A program made the position numbers and the translations under genes. A DNA stretch of 64,000 nucleotides from Bacteroidota bacterium (GTDB taxonomy: Bacteria > Bacteroidota > Bacteroidia > Flavobacteriales > Flavobacteriaceae): contig JAJRPS010000065.1 of assembly GCA_024280635.1 (NCBI GenBank), positions 12,602-76,601 on the forward strand, written 5' to 3'. Below are positions 38,890 through 48,799 of the stretch, piece by piece (the first letter of the stretch is position 1; each line of letters opens with the position of its first letter). The notes beneath the pieces are model-generated. The model worked only from the letters and a program-made list of their open reading frames with translations. It searched no databases and was not told the origin of the DNA.

Positions 38890-39028
38890 AATAAAGTAAT
38901 TTTAAAAGGAGTAAAAACCACTAAACTCCTTTGTAATTATTGGGTGTTATTTCTTTTTTTCAAGTAATGCCATGTAAAAACCGTCATAACCTGATTCCGA
39001 AGATAATACTTTTTTATCAGAAATTAAT
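38867..39028. repeat. Duplicated junction block, copy B (parental context)
   Basis: Same block as 36811-36975, here continuous with the intact methyltransferase gene. Confidence 0.85.
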
Positions 39029-40155
39029 TTAAAATCGGTATTCGTTTTTAAAAAGGCTTGTACTTGGTCTTGATTTTCAGATGGTAAAACAGAGCAAGTA
39101 GCATATACTAATTTACCACCATCTTTTACCATTTTAGAGTATCGGGTTAAAATATCCTGTTGTACAGCTCTAATATTATCAATAAATTCGGGTTGTAATT
39201 TCCATTTACTATCTGGATTCCTACGGATAACACCAATACCACTACAAGGGGCATCAATTAAAACTCTATCGGCTTTACCGTGTAATTTTTTAATGGGTTT
39301 TGTGGAGTCTATTGTGCGTAATGTAATGTTGTGCACACCATCTCTTTTAGCTCTAATTTTCAATTTTTTCAATTTACTCTCGTAAATATCCATTGCAATA
39401 ATTTGTCCTTTATTTTCCATCAAAGCAGCTAAATGTAAAGTTTTACCACCAGCGCCAGCACAAGTGTCAATTACTTTCATACCTGGTTTTACGTCTAAAT
39501 AGGCCGCTACTAATTGAGAAGAAGCATCTTGAACTTCAAACCAACCTTTATGGAAAGAGTCTGTTCTAAAAACATTAGCGCGTTCTACTAATTTTATGGC
39601 ATCTGGATGATCAGGTAACATAACGGTTTCAATACCGTCTTCAACTAATGCAGCTTGTAGCTCTTCTTTAGTTGTTTTTAAGCTGTTTACTCTTAAAATA
39701 ACTTCTGCTTGTTTATTTAAAGCGGTAATTTCTTTGCTCCATTTTTTCTCTCCCAATTCTGCTACGCCCATTTCGTCTAACCAATCTGGGATAGATTCTT
39801 TTATTTTTCTAATTTTAGAAAGTTCATCAAAACGTCCTTTTATTCTACGTGATGGGGTAGGCTCTATTTGGTTCCAGTCCGGTAACGGGATGCCTCTTAA
39901 TACACACCAAACGGAGAATAATCGCCATAAATTAGGGCGAGTAAACGGTTCTTTAACTTCTGCAATTTCAGCATATAGGCGTTTCCAACGGACAATATCA
40001 TAAATGGTTTCGGCAACAAATTTACGGTCACGTGCGCCCCATCTGCTATCTCTTTTTAGAGCTTTTTGCACTGCTTTATCGGCATAAACCCCTTCGTTAA
40101 ATACATCTCTAATACTGTCAATAACAGCGTATGTTAAGTTTCTGTGTAATCTCAT
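38947..40155 (-). CDS. RsmB/NOP-family SAM-dependent RNA m5C methyltransferase
   Basis: 402 aa; SAM motif DTCAGAGGKT and catalytic Cys motifs DAPCSGIG and YATCS. Confidence 0.85.
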   Translation of the reverse strand: MRLHRNLTYAVIDSIRDVFNEGVYADKAVQKALKRDSRWGARDRKFVAETIYDIVRWKRLYAEIAEVKEPFTRPNLWRLFSVWCVLRGIPLPDWNQIEPTPSRRIKGRFDELSKIRKIKESIPDWLDEMGVAELGEKKWSKEITALNKQAEVILRVNSLKTTKEELQAALVEDGIETVMLPDHPDAIKLVERANVFRTDSFHKGWFEVQDASSQLVAAYLDVKPGMKVIDTCAGAGGKTLHLAALMENKGQIIAMDIYESKLKKLKIRAKRDGVHNITLRTIDSTKPIKKLHGKADRVLIDAPCSGIGVIRRNPDSKWKLQPEFIDNIRAVQQDILTRYSKMVKDGGKLVYATCSVLPSENQDQVQAFLKTNTDFKLISDKKVLSSESGYDGFYMALLEKKK

Positions 40156-40285
40156 TCTATAAATTTAAATATTGAAACATTGAAGAATTCAATATTTCAG
40201 CCTGCAAAGTTACGGTAATTGCAATTAAAATACGACTATTTTTTTATTTAGATGATTAGCGCTATCTTTCTTAAAATTTTTTAAG

Positions 40286-41326
40286 ATGAAATATGTAGTA
40301 TTATTAATGATAACGATGCTTTTTTCTTGCAAAAAAGAGTCTCAAAAAGCTGTTTTTAAGCAATTCAATCATGTTGAAATTAAAACTGTTTTTAAAGATT
40401 CTTTAGTTAGTATTAGAGCGATGGAAATCATGAAAAATAAAGATTTTGTATTTGCAACTTCTAATGGAAAAGTTGGATTGGGTATTGAGAAATTGGGGAA
40501 AATATGGATAAATTATGTAAGCACACATAAGCAAGATACGATTGTACCCAATTTTAGGTCGGTTGCATTTAATGGGAAGTCAGTTTTTGCATTGAGTATT
40601 GCCTCACCAGCATTATTGTATAAAGATGGTGATTTGGTGTATCAAGAAAAGAATGTTAAAGTATTTTATGACAGCATGCAGTTTTGGAATGAGGTGGAAG
40701 GGATTGCAATTGGTGATCCAACGGATGATTGTTTGAGCATTATTATTACGAGAGATGCAGGTGAAAATTGGCAAAAAATATCTTGTGAGAATTTACCAAA
40801 AATAAAGAATGGTGAAGCGGCTTTTGCAGCAAGTAACACCAATATTACAATTGTAGAAGATAATGTATGGGTTGCAACAGGAGGGAAGCATAGTAGAATT
40901 TTATTTTCTGCGGATAAAGGCAATACTTGGGAATTTTATAATACGCCGATTGTTCAAGGGGTAGAAACTACGGGAATGTATTCATTAGATTTTTATGATG
41001 CCTTAAATGGTTTTGCTATTGGAGGGGATTATACCAAACCCAATGATAGTACCGCTAATAAAATAAAAACTGTGGATGGTGGTAAAACGTGGCAAATAGT
41101 TGGTAAAAATAAATCTCCTGGATACAGGAGTTGTGTACAATATGTACCCAATAGTAATGCAAAAAGTTTAGTAGCCGTTGGTTTTAAAGGAATTGATGCT
41201 ACTAATGATGGAGGTGATAACTGGAAACATTTAAGTGATGAATCTTTTTATACCATCCGTTTTGTAAATGATAGTATTGCTTATGCAGCTGGAAACGGAC
41301 GAATTGTAAAATTACAATTTAACTAA
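40286..41326 (+). CDS. Lipoprotein with BNR/Asp-box repeats (Ycf48-like beta-propeller)
   Basis: Lipobox LFSC. Four Asp-box-like motifs (RDAGENWQK, ADKGNTWE, VDGGKTWQ, NDGGDNWK). Confidence 0.7.
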   Translation: MKYVVLLMITMLFSCKKESQKAVFKQFNHVEIKTVFKDSLVSIRAMEIMKNKDFVFATSNGKVGLGIEKLGKIWINYVSTHKQDTIVPNFRSVAFNGKSVFALSIASPALLYKDGDLVYQEKNVKVFYDSMQFWNEVEGIAIGDPTDDCLSIIITRDAGENWQKISCENLPKIKNGEAAFAASNTNITIVEDNVWVATGGKHSRILFSADKGNTWEFYNTPIVQGVETTGMYSLDFYDALNGFAIGGDYTKPNDSTANKIKTVDGGKTWQIVGKNKSPGYRSCVQYVPNSNAKSLVAVGFKGIDATNDGGDNWKHLSDESFYTIRFVNDSIAYAAGNGRIVKLQFN

Positions 41327-41403
41327 AAGAAGTTCATTTTATTAAATAAACTTCTTTTAATTTTAATAAACTTAAGAGCTAAAAAAACTATTTATTTTCT
41401 TTT

Positions 41404-41898
41404 TCACTGAGTTTTTCCTTTCATTTTGCGTAATAATTTACGATTAAAATCGTGCTCTGCTTTTTGCAACTGAATGGTTTTTTTTGCAGATAATAGCACT
41501 GTTATTTTTTTAAGCATCACCTTTTTTTCTTGGAGTACTTGTTGTTCTAGTGCAATATTTTTGGCAACTATTTTTTTAGCTTCCAATTCAGTAAGTTGAT
41601 CAAAATTTCTTAAAGCAGTTTTACGCAACAGTTTAACTTTTTTGCGCAATACAATGCGTTTTTTTTCCAACTCGTTATAAATAGGCCAAAACTTTTCAGC
41701 TTCTTGTTGAGATAAATTTAAAGCATTGGTAATATATGCTGTTTTTAGAGCTTTAATTTTCTGATACTTTGGAGGGATGGGAGGCGCTGGAGGCGTCATT
41801 ACCACTTCAGGCGCTGGTGGAGGTGTTGGTGGTTGCTCTTGTGCGTAATTAGTAGTGGCACATGCTAAAAATACGATTGTAAAAAATATTTTTTTCAT
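41404..41898 (-). CDS. Periplasmic Pro-rich / coiled-coil protein, Spy/CpxP-like
   Basis: Signal peptide, PPTPPPAPEVVMTPPAPPIPP, then helical K/E-rich repeats with an LxLSQQE..F motif. Third gene of an ECF sigma module. Confidence 0.45.
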   Translation of the reverse strand: MKKIFFTIVFLACATTNYAQEQPPTPPPAPEVVMTPPAPPIPPKYQKIKALKTAYITNALNLSQQEAEKFWPIYNELEKKRIVLRKKVKLLRKTALRNFDQLTELEAKKIVAKNIALEQQVLQEKKVMLKKITVLLSAKKTIQLQKAEHDFNRKLLRKMKGKTQ

Positions 41899-41909
41899 AA
41901 TTAATAATT

Positions 41910-42392
41910 TTAAAGGTTGTTGTAATCAATTGTAATGCTATCTTCTTCTGATAGGTATTCTAGTAATAAATCTTGATCTATTGGTATTTCTGATAGCGCT
42001 TCTAAATTTGCAACATCAATTTCTGATAATTCTATAATTTCATAAGTGTTGGTAAAGTTGTCATCCGTATACTCTATAAATGAAGCATAATTCACATCAT
42101 CAAAACTCACGTTATTATTTTTTGGAAATAAAATAAAAATTCCTAATATTAAAGCTGCAGCAATACTGGTAATTGATATGATGTTTTTGCGAGTAAAAAG
42201 AGAATAAATAGGGTTGGTATTAAGGTTGTCAGCTATTATTTTATCGTTAATAATTGAAAAATAATCTTGCGGAACAGTATAACCTATTTTTGTGTTTAAA
42301 TTTAATTGCTCAAATAAATTGTTTTCAAATTTAGAAAAATAATCATTTGGAATTTTAAAACCTGTTTGGATATGTTTATTATTGTTTAGCAT
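41910..42392 (-). CDS. Single-TM membrane protein, candidate anti-sigma factor
   Basis: 160 aa with a duplicated (I/V)P(N/Q)DYFS motif in the N-terminal part, one central TM and an acidic C-terminal part. Lies directly downstream of the ECF sigma gene. Confidence 0.35.
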   Translation of the reverse strand: MLNNNKHIQTGFKIPNDYFSKFENNLFEQLNLNTKIGYTVPQDYFSIINDKIIADNLNTNPIYSLFTRKNIISITSIAAALILGIFILFPKNNNVSFDDVNYASFIEYTDDNFTNTYEIIELSEIDVANLEALSEIPIDQDLLLEYLSEEDSITIDYNNL

Positions 42393-42452
42393 CTATATCT
42401 ATGACTTTTGAAAAATAAAAAGGTTTAATTGGGGTACAATAATTTAATGGAG

Positions 42453-42992
42453 TTAATTGTTTTTTAAGAAAGCTTCAATTTTTTTAGTAGCAATATGATA
42501 CGAAGCTTTTAATGCTCCTACGGAGGTTTCTAAAATATCCGACATGTCTTTGTATTTGTGATTATCAAAATACTTCATGTTAAAAACCAATTGTTGTTTT
42601 TGAGGTAGTGTAGCTATTGCTTTTTGTAATTTAAGTTGAGCAGCATCGCCATCAAAATAAACATCACTATTAATGTTTTCTAATATTTGTTGTTGTACTT
42701 CTTCGGTAACGGAATTGCATTTTTTTGCACGTTGCTTGATAAAGGTTAAGGCTTCATTAGTTGCTATTCGATACATCCAAGAATATAATTTACTATCGCC
42801 TTTAAATTTATGGATGTTTTTAAAAATTTTTAAAAAGGTATTTTGTAGTACATCATTAGCATCATCATGGTTGATGGTAATTTTACGAATATGCCAATAC
42901 AGTTGTTGACTATAGGTCTGTACCAAAGCTTTAAATGCAGTGTTTAAAGTTTGCGGATTTTGTAATGCAGATAAAAGTTCTTGTTCTGTCAT
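42453..42992 (-). CDS. ECF-type RNA polymerase sigma-70 family factor
   Basis: 179 aa with a region 2 segment (DANDVLQNTFLKIFKN...YSWMYRIATNEAL) and a region 4 HTH (YKDMSDILETSVGALKASYHIATKKI). Confidence 0.85.
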   Translation of the reverse strand: MTEQELLSALQNPQTLNTAFKALVQTYSQQLYWHIRKITINHDDANDVLQNTFLKIFKNIHKFKGDSKLYSWMYRIATNEALTFIKQRAKKCNSVTEEVQQQILENINSDVYFDGDAAQLKLQKAIATLPQKQQLVFNMKYFDNHKYKDMSDILETSVGALKASYHIATKKIEAFLKNN

Positions 42993-43201
42993 ATAGGAGT
43001 ATGACTATAAAGATACAAAAAGGTTTAAACCGTGAGACGATAGCTTATTTAAAAAATAGTGAATAGTTGAAAACGAAAAGAGATAATGGAGGAAAGAAAT
43101 AAAATAATTGGAAATATGTGATAATGTCAAAATAGGATTAAGTTATAAATAACTCAATCCTAAATTTTTAAACTTACACAAATTTTGTAACAGTGTCAAC
43201 T

Positions 43202-43237
43202 AAAAAAAAAGTTGTAGTGCGCTAACATTACAACTTT
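43202..43237 (-). terminator. Terminator of the msbA-like gene
   Basis: aaagttgta / tacaacttt stem followed on the minus strand by a T9 run. Confidence 0.6.
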
Positions 43238-43260
43238 AGGTACTTTAATTTTTTACAACT

Positions 43261-45105
43261 TTAAGCAATAGATTGCATTTCAACCAATCGTTTATACATA
43301 CCATCTTTTACAATAAGTTCTTGATGATTTCCTTGTTCTACAATTTCACCTTTTTTCATCACTACAATTAAATCGGCTTTTTGAATGGTTGATAATCGGT
43401 GGGCAATTACGATAGAAGTTCTGTTTTTCATCATGTTTTCTAGCGCTACTTGAACCATTTTTTCTGATTCGGTATCTAAAGCAGAAGTAGCTTCATCCAA
43501 TACCATAATAGGAGGGTTTTTTAATACCGCTCTTGCTATGGATAAGCGTTGTTTTTGGCCACCAGATAGCTTCCCGCCAGCATCACCAATATTGGTATTG
43601 ATTCCGTCAGGTAATTCTTTTACAAACTCCCAAGCGTTGGCAACTTTTAAAGCGTCTATAATTTCTTTATCCGTAGCATTTTCAGGGCCAATTTGAATGT
43701 TATATTTAATAGTGTCATTGAAGAGAATAGAATCTTGCGTTACCAATCCCATTAAAGCACGCAATGATTTTTTGGTCACGTCTTTAATATTATTGCCATC
43801 CACATAAATATCTCCTTTATTAACATCATAAAAACGGGTTAATAAATTGGCTATGGTTGATTTTCCGCTACCTGATTGCCCAACTAAAGCAATTGTTTTT
43901 CCTTTGGGGACGGTTAAGGAGAAATCTTTTAAAACATAGGCATCTTCATATTTAAAGGAGATGTTTTTGATTTCAATATTTTTTTCAAAACCTGTAATTT
44001 CTTTCGCATTTGGTAAATCTGGAATATTGCTGTCTTGATCCATAATTTCAAAGACACGCTCTGCTGCTGCCATACCATTTTTAACTTTATAAGATGCTTT
44101 ACTGATGGCTTTTGCAGGGGTAAGAATGTTGTATGCTAGTCCCATATAGGCTAAAAATTGTGGACCTTCAATAGTTTTTTCAACCAATACTAAACTACCG
44201 CCATACCATAATAATATAGCAATAGTAATAATACCTAAAGTTTCACTAACAGGTCCTGCTAAATTATTTTTGTTTCCTATCTTATTGGATAAATTTAAAA
44301 GACGGTTTACCGAACTACTGAATTTTGATAAAAAATTAGGTTCAGCATTGTAACTTTTTATTACTTTTAACCCTGATAATGTTTCTTCAACAATAGAAAT
44401 TAAATGTCCATTTTCTTGTTGTGCTTGTAAAGATCTAGCTTTTAAACTTTTTCCAATTAGAGAAATAATAAATCCTGCAATGGGTAAAAAAAGGAAGACA
44501 AAAATAGTTAGCTTCCAGCTCATAACAAACATAAAATATATGGAAAAAATAATGGTTAGTGGTTCTCTTACAATGAGTTCTAATATGATAAAAAAGGAGT
44601 TTTGCATTTCACCTATATCACCCAGCATACGAGACATTACATCTCCTTTTCTTTTTTGAGAATAGAAAGAAACAGGTAAATTGATTATTTTTTGATACAG
44701 CTCTTGTCTTAATTCTGTTAATACCCCATTTTTCAAATACATCATGTTTTGTGCCGCTAAATACCCAAATAAGTTTTTTAAAAGGAAGGTGAAAATTACA
44801 AGGGCGACTACAATTAACAACGCCATTTGTGGTTTTCCTTGGTCTAAGAAACTAGAAAGATTATAATTTAAAAAGTCTTTACCATAACTAACTAAATTAA
44901 ATATTTCTCCATCCCAAATCGGAATTTTATCTACAACTTTTGTTTTATCAAACAATACCGTCATCATGGGAATTAATGAGATGAAGGATAGTGTCCCGAA
45001 AAAAGCATTCAAAATGTTAAAAATAACATTTAACACAACATTTTTTTTGTAGTTTTTGATAAACGGTAATAATTTATTTATTATTTTTTTCATAGTAATG
45101 CTCAC
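43261..45105 (-). CDS. ABC exporter, fused permease/ATPase (MsbA-like)
   Basis: Six-TM domain followed by Walker A GQSGSGKST, signature LSGGQKQR and Walker B IMVLDEATSALD. The start may instead be the ATG at 45093. Confidence 0.9.
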   Translation of the reverse strand: MSITMKKIINKLLPFIKNYKKNVVLNVIFNILNAFFGTLSFISLIPMMTVLFDKTKVVDKIPIWDGEIFNLVSYGKDFLNYNLSSFLDQGKPQMALLIVVALVIFTFLLKNLFGYLAAQNMMYLKNGVLTELRQELYQKIINLPVSFYSQKRKGDVMSRMLGDIGEMQNSFFIILELIVREPLTIIFSIYFMFVMSWKLTIFVFLFLPIAGFIISLIGKSLKARSLQAQQENGHLISIVEETLSGLKVIKSYNAEPNFLSKFSSSVNRLLNLSNKIGNKNNLAGPVSETLGIITIAILLWYGGSLVLVEKTIEGPQFLAYMGLAYNILTPAKAISKASYKVKNGMAAAERVFEIMDQDSNIPDLPNAKEITGFEKNIEIKNISFKYEDAYVLKDFSLTVPKGKTIALVGQSGSGKSTIANLLTRFYDVNKGDIYVDGNNIKDVTKKSLRALMGLVTQDSILFNDTIKYNIQIGPENATDKEIIDALKVANAWEFVKELPDGINTNIGDAGGKLSGGQKQRLSIARAVLKNPPIMVLDEATSALDTESEKMVQVALENMMKNRTSIVIAHRLSTIQKADLIVVMKKGEIVEQGNHQELIVKDGMYKRLVEMQSIA

Positions 45106-45216
45106 AGAAGTGAGTAACTTTTAATCTGTTTATAATAAACCCGTATAAACGCAAGTTTTTTTAATCAGTAGGGTAAATTGGCTATGTGTTTTTTTTCTTA
45201 GTTTTTTTGTAAGTGT

Positions 45217-46944
45217 TTATTTTACATTCAACTGTTTTACAATAGTCGCTAATTTAGTGTCTAATTTAGTGTTAATGGTATCAAAATCTTCTAAACTTTT
45301 TAATTCTTCATTAACACTAATGTAAAATTTAATTTTAGGCTCTGTGCCACTAGGTCTACATGCTACTTGAGTACCATCTTCGGTATAATAAATTAACACG
45401 TTAGATTTAGGTACATCGATTGTGCTTTCGGTATTATTTTGCAAGTTTTTGGATATTGAACTTTGGTAATCTTCTATTAAAACAACAGGAGAGCCATTAA
45501 TATCAGTTAATGGGGTTTCTCTAAAATCAATCATCATTTGGTTGATTTCGGCTGCTCCAGAAATTCCTTTTTTCACTAAAGAAACTAATTTTTCTTTGTA
45601 AAATCCATGGGTAATATAGAGTTGTTGCAATTCTTGATAAAAAGAACTTCCGTTTGCTTTTGCTTGACTTGCAATTTCACAAGCTAAAAGTGCGGCAGTA
45701 ACGGCATCTTTATCTCGCACAAAATCGCCAACCATAAAACCGAAACTTTCTTCGCCACCACCAATAAAGTGTTGGTTAGGAAAATCTTTTATCATTTTGG
45801 CAATCCACTTAAAACCTGTTAATCCTACTTTACACTCTATATTATAATGTGCTGCTAAATCAAGCATCATAGGTGTGGAAACAATAGTAGATCCAATAAA
45901 ATCAGACGTTTGTAATTTACCTGATTTTTGATGTTGATTAATTAAAAAATTAGTCATTACTAACATGGTTTGATTACCGTTAAGCAATACTAATTTCCCA
46001 TTATTATCACGTACAGCAACGCCAATTCTGTCGGAATCAGGGTCGGTACCCATAACAATATCCGCATCAATTTTATCTGCAAGTTCCATTGCCATTTTTA
46101 AGGCTTCAGGTTCTTCTGGGTTTGGTGATTTTACGGTTGGGAAATTTCCGTTTGGTATTCTTTGTTCTTCAACAAGATGTACCTGATTGTACCCAGCACG
46201 TTTTAAGGTTTCGGGTAAAATGGTAATGGAAGTTCCGTGTAATGAGGTAAATACAATTTTTAAATTATCATGATTGGTAGTATTTGTAAAACTTCCATTT
46301 TGTATAGACGCTTTTATAAACGCTTCATCTATATTTTTATCAATATATTCAATAAGATTTTCTTGTGCTTCAAATTTAATAGTAGCGTAATCTACAGCAT
46401 TAATAGCGTTAATGATATTCTCATCATGAGGCGGTACAATTTGCCCACCATCATTCCAATATACTTTATAACCATTATATTCTGGTGGATTGTGAGAAGC
46501 GGTTAAAACAATGCCACAGTCGCAACCCAAGTGTTTTACAGCAAAGGATAGCTCAGGGGTAGGGCGCATATTATTAAATAAATACACTTTGATGTTATTA
46601 GCACTAAATACATCTGCTACTACTTTTGCTAGGGTATCACTATTGTGACGACAATCATAAGCAATGGCTACTTTTAAAGTTTTATTCGGGTTCTCTTGTT
46701 TTAAATAGTTGGCTAAACCTTGTGTGTTTTTACCCAATGTATATTTGTTAATACGGTTGGTACCTATACCCATAACACCACGCATACCACCCGTTCCGAA
46801 AGCTAAATTTTTATAAAAACTTTCTTTTAATTCATCAGGGTCATTGGCAATTAATTCTTTAATTTCTTGTTGAGTAGTAGCATCAAATGCAGGGGTAAGC
46901 CATTTGTTTGCTGCGTCAAGAATTTCTGGGGCAATATAAATCAT
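45217..46944 (-). CDS. Phospho-sugar mutase (phosphoglucomutase/phosphomannomutase family)
   Basis: 575 aa; active-site TASHNPPEYNGYK, a metal loop DPDSDR and a sugar-binding GEESFG. Confidence 0.9.
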   Translation of the reverse strand: MIYIAPEILDAANKWLTPAFDATTQQEIKELIANDPDELKESFYKNLAFGTGGMRGVMGIGTNRINKYTLGKNTQGLANYLKQENPNKTLKVAIAYDCRHNSDTLAKVVADVFSANNIKVYLFNNMRPTPELSFAVKHLGCDCGIVLTASHNPPEYNGYKVYWNDGGQIVPPHDENIINAINAVDYATIKFEAQENLIEYIDKNIDEAFIKASIQNGSFTNTTNHDNLKIVFTSLHGTSITILPETLKRAGYNQVHLVEEQRIPNGNFPTVKSPNPEEPEALKMAMELADKIDADIVMGTDPDSDRIGVAVRDNNGKLVLLNGNQTMLVMTNFLINQHQKSGKLQTSDFIGSTIVSTPMMLDLAAHYNIECKVGLTGFKWIAKMIKDFPNQHFIGGGEESFGFMVGDFVRDKDAVTAALLACEIASQAKANGSSFYQELQQLYITHGFYKEKLVSLVKKGISGAAEINQMMIDFRETPLTDINGSPVVLIEDYQSSISKNLQNNTESTIDVPKSNVLIYYTEDGTQVACRPSGTEPKIKFYISVNEELKSLEDFDTINTKLDTKLATIVKQLNVK

Positions 46945-47046
46945 AGTACTATATTATAAATTTGAATGTGCAAAATTACGAAAAATGTAATTAATGTTTT
47001 TAGTGTAAAATAAAATGATGTTCAAAAGAGGTATCATTTGGGGGTT

Positions 47047-47988
47047 TTAAATTTCGGTTTCTACTTTGTAGCGTTCTTGGTTTTTACTGTTGCGGAGTAC
47101 TAATTCTCCTAAAAAACCTGCAATAAATAGTTGCGAACCAATAATCATGCTAACTAAAGCGATGTAAAACTGTGGGCGTTGTGTAATGAGTCTGCCTGTA
47201 GGGTTGATAATTATTTTATCGATACCTAGGTAGAAAGCAAAAAGGAATCCAATAAAAAAGAGTAAACTTCCTAATGCGCCAAATAAGTGCATGGGGCGTT
47301 TCCCGAATTTAGATAAGAAAGAAATGGTAAGCAAGTCTAAAAATCCGTTTATAAAGCGATCCATACCAAATTTTGTTGTTCCGTATTTACGTGCTTGATG
47401 TTGCACTATTTTTTCATCTATTTTTTTAAACCCTGCATTTTTTGCTAAAACAGGTATATAACGGTGCATTTCGCCATAAACATCTACATTTTTTACCACT
47501 TCATTTTTGTAGGCTTTTAGTCCACAATTGAAATCGTGTAATTTTAAACCAGATGTTTTACGGGCGCACCAATTGAATAGTTTGGATGGGATGTTTTTTC
47601 CGATAACCGAATCGTATCGTTTCTTTTTCCAACCCGAAATTAAATCGAAATGTTGATTAGCAATTAAGTCATACAATTCCGGAATTTCATCAGGGTTGTC
47701 TTGTAAATCAGCATCCATAGTAATCACAACATCACCTTTAGCTTTTTTAAAACCAATATTTAGGGCTTGTGATTTTCCGTAATTTTTTAAAAACTTGATG
47801 CCTTTTACATTATTGTCTTCTTGTTGAAGTTTGGTGATAACATTCCAAGAATCATCCGTAGAGCCATCATCAATAAACCATATTTCATAAGAAAAACCAT
47901 TGGATTGCATAACTTTTGCAATCCAATGGTGTAATTCGGTTAATGATTCGGCTTCGTTTAAAAGCGGAATAATTACGGATATATTCAT
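47047..47988 (-). CDS. Family 2 glycosyltransferase, polyprenol-phosphate type (GtrB/DPM1-like)
   Basis: GT-A N-terminus (VIIPLLNE, DDGSTD, DADLQD) plus two C-terminal TMs. Confidence 0.88.
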   Translation of the reverse strand: MNISVIIPLLNEAESLTELHHWIAKVMQSNGFSYEIWFIDDGSTDDSWNVITKLQQEDNNVKGIKFLKNYGKSQALNIGFKKAKGDVVITMDADLQDNPDEIPELYDLIANQHFDLISGWKKKRYDSVIGKNIPSKLFNWCARKTSGLKLHDFNCGLKAYKNEVVKNVDVYGEMHRYIPVLAKNAGFKKIDEKIVQHQARKYGTTKFGMDRFINGFLDLLTISFLSKFGKRPMHLFGALGSLLFFIGFLFAFYLGIDKIIINPTGRLITQRPQFYIALVSMIIGSQLFIAGFLGELVLRNSKNQERYKVETEI

Positions 47989-47998
47989 AAATTATTTT

Positions 47999-48535
47999 TT
48001 ATAAAGAATCGATAGAACTGTCATCTTTCTTTAAGATTAATCCGCTAAAAAGAGCAAAGATAAACCCGAAAAATAAATTTCCAACTAAAGAAGAGGCAAA
48101 GGTAATCCATGGTGATGAGAATTTATCTCCCATGTCTTGCATCATTTGGATGGTTTCTTCTGGCATATCAGGGTTTGTTTCTAACATTTTCTCTAATTGT
48201 AAAGCTTGTATTCTGCTTAAATATTCAGGGTCTATATAATATAAAAAGATCACTTGGTATATTGATGCCAATACGCCAGCTACTAATGCGATAGCAATAC
48301 CAACTTTCAAAGCTTGCCCTAAGGATATAAAACCACCATTTACTTGGTCTCTATTTTTTTTGATACCCATGTAAATAAAGTATATCATGGCAAAAACGCC
48401 TAATACGCCACCTATCCAGCCATGAGAGACATCAAATCCAGAAACATAATTGATTACAGATATTCCAATAGTAGTAAGTCCTAGTGCAATACCATTGTTT
48501 AGCATGATGCTTTTTGTATTTGTGTTGTTTTCCAT
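47999..48535 (-). CDS. DUF4199-like membrane protein
   Basis: 178 aa with 4 TMs and a central soluble loop. Usual partner of the GT2 gene in Bacteroidota, from memory. Confidence 0.6.
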   Translation of the reverse strand: MENNTNTKSIMLNNGIALGLTTIGISVINYVSGFDVSHGWIGGVLGVFAMIYFIYMGIKKNRDQVNGGFISLGQALKVGIAIALVAGVLASIYQVIFLYYIDPEYLSRIQALQLEKMLETNPDMPEETIQMMQDMGDKFSSPWITFASSLVGNLFFGFIFALFSGLILKKDDSSIDSL

Positions 48536-48638
48536 AATTTTTATATAAGTTAATTAATACACAAAGATAGTAAAACGTAACTAAAAGCAAGTATAAAAAT
48601 ATTTTTAAAATAAGTTTTTGTAATCAAATAGAAAGTAA

Positions 48639-48646
48639 TATATTTG
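48639..48646 (+). promoter_or_regulatory. Bacteroidota -7 box far upstream of the L31 gene
   Basis: tatatttg, 154 nt upstream of the ATG, implying a long leader. Confidence 0.4.
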
Positions 48647-48799
48647 CATTTCTAAAAATAAGGCAATTATGAAATTTGTTTTATAATAGTGCGTTAAGCA
48701 TTGCAGTTACCAGGTTTTATTTTTAGAAACGTTATTGAAAATTAAATATTAAAAAATATTTTCTCGATAAAAAAGAGGTCGAGAGCAAAAAAAGTAGTT

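Noticed and set aside
48661-48700. Zur-box-like sequence (gaaatttgttttataata) in the L31 leader.
   Set aside because: It only weakly resembles the proteobacterial Zur consensus from memory and has no clear dyad symmetry. Bacteroidota may have only the Cys-less L31 form, which would remove the rationale for zinc-responsive paralog switching.
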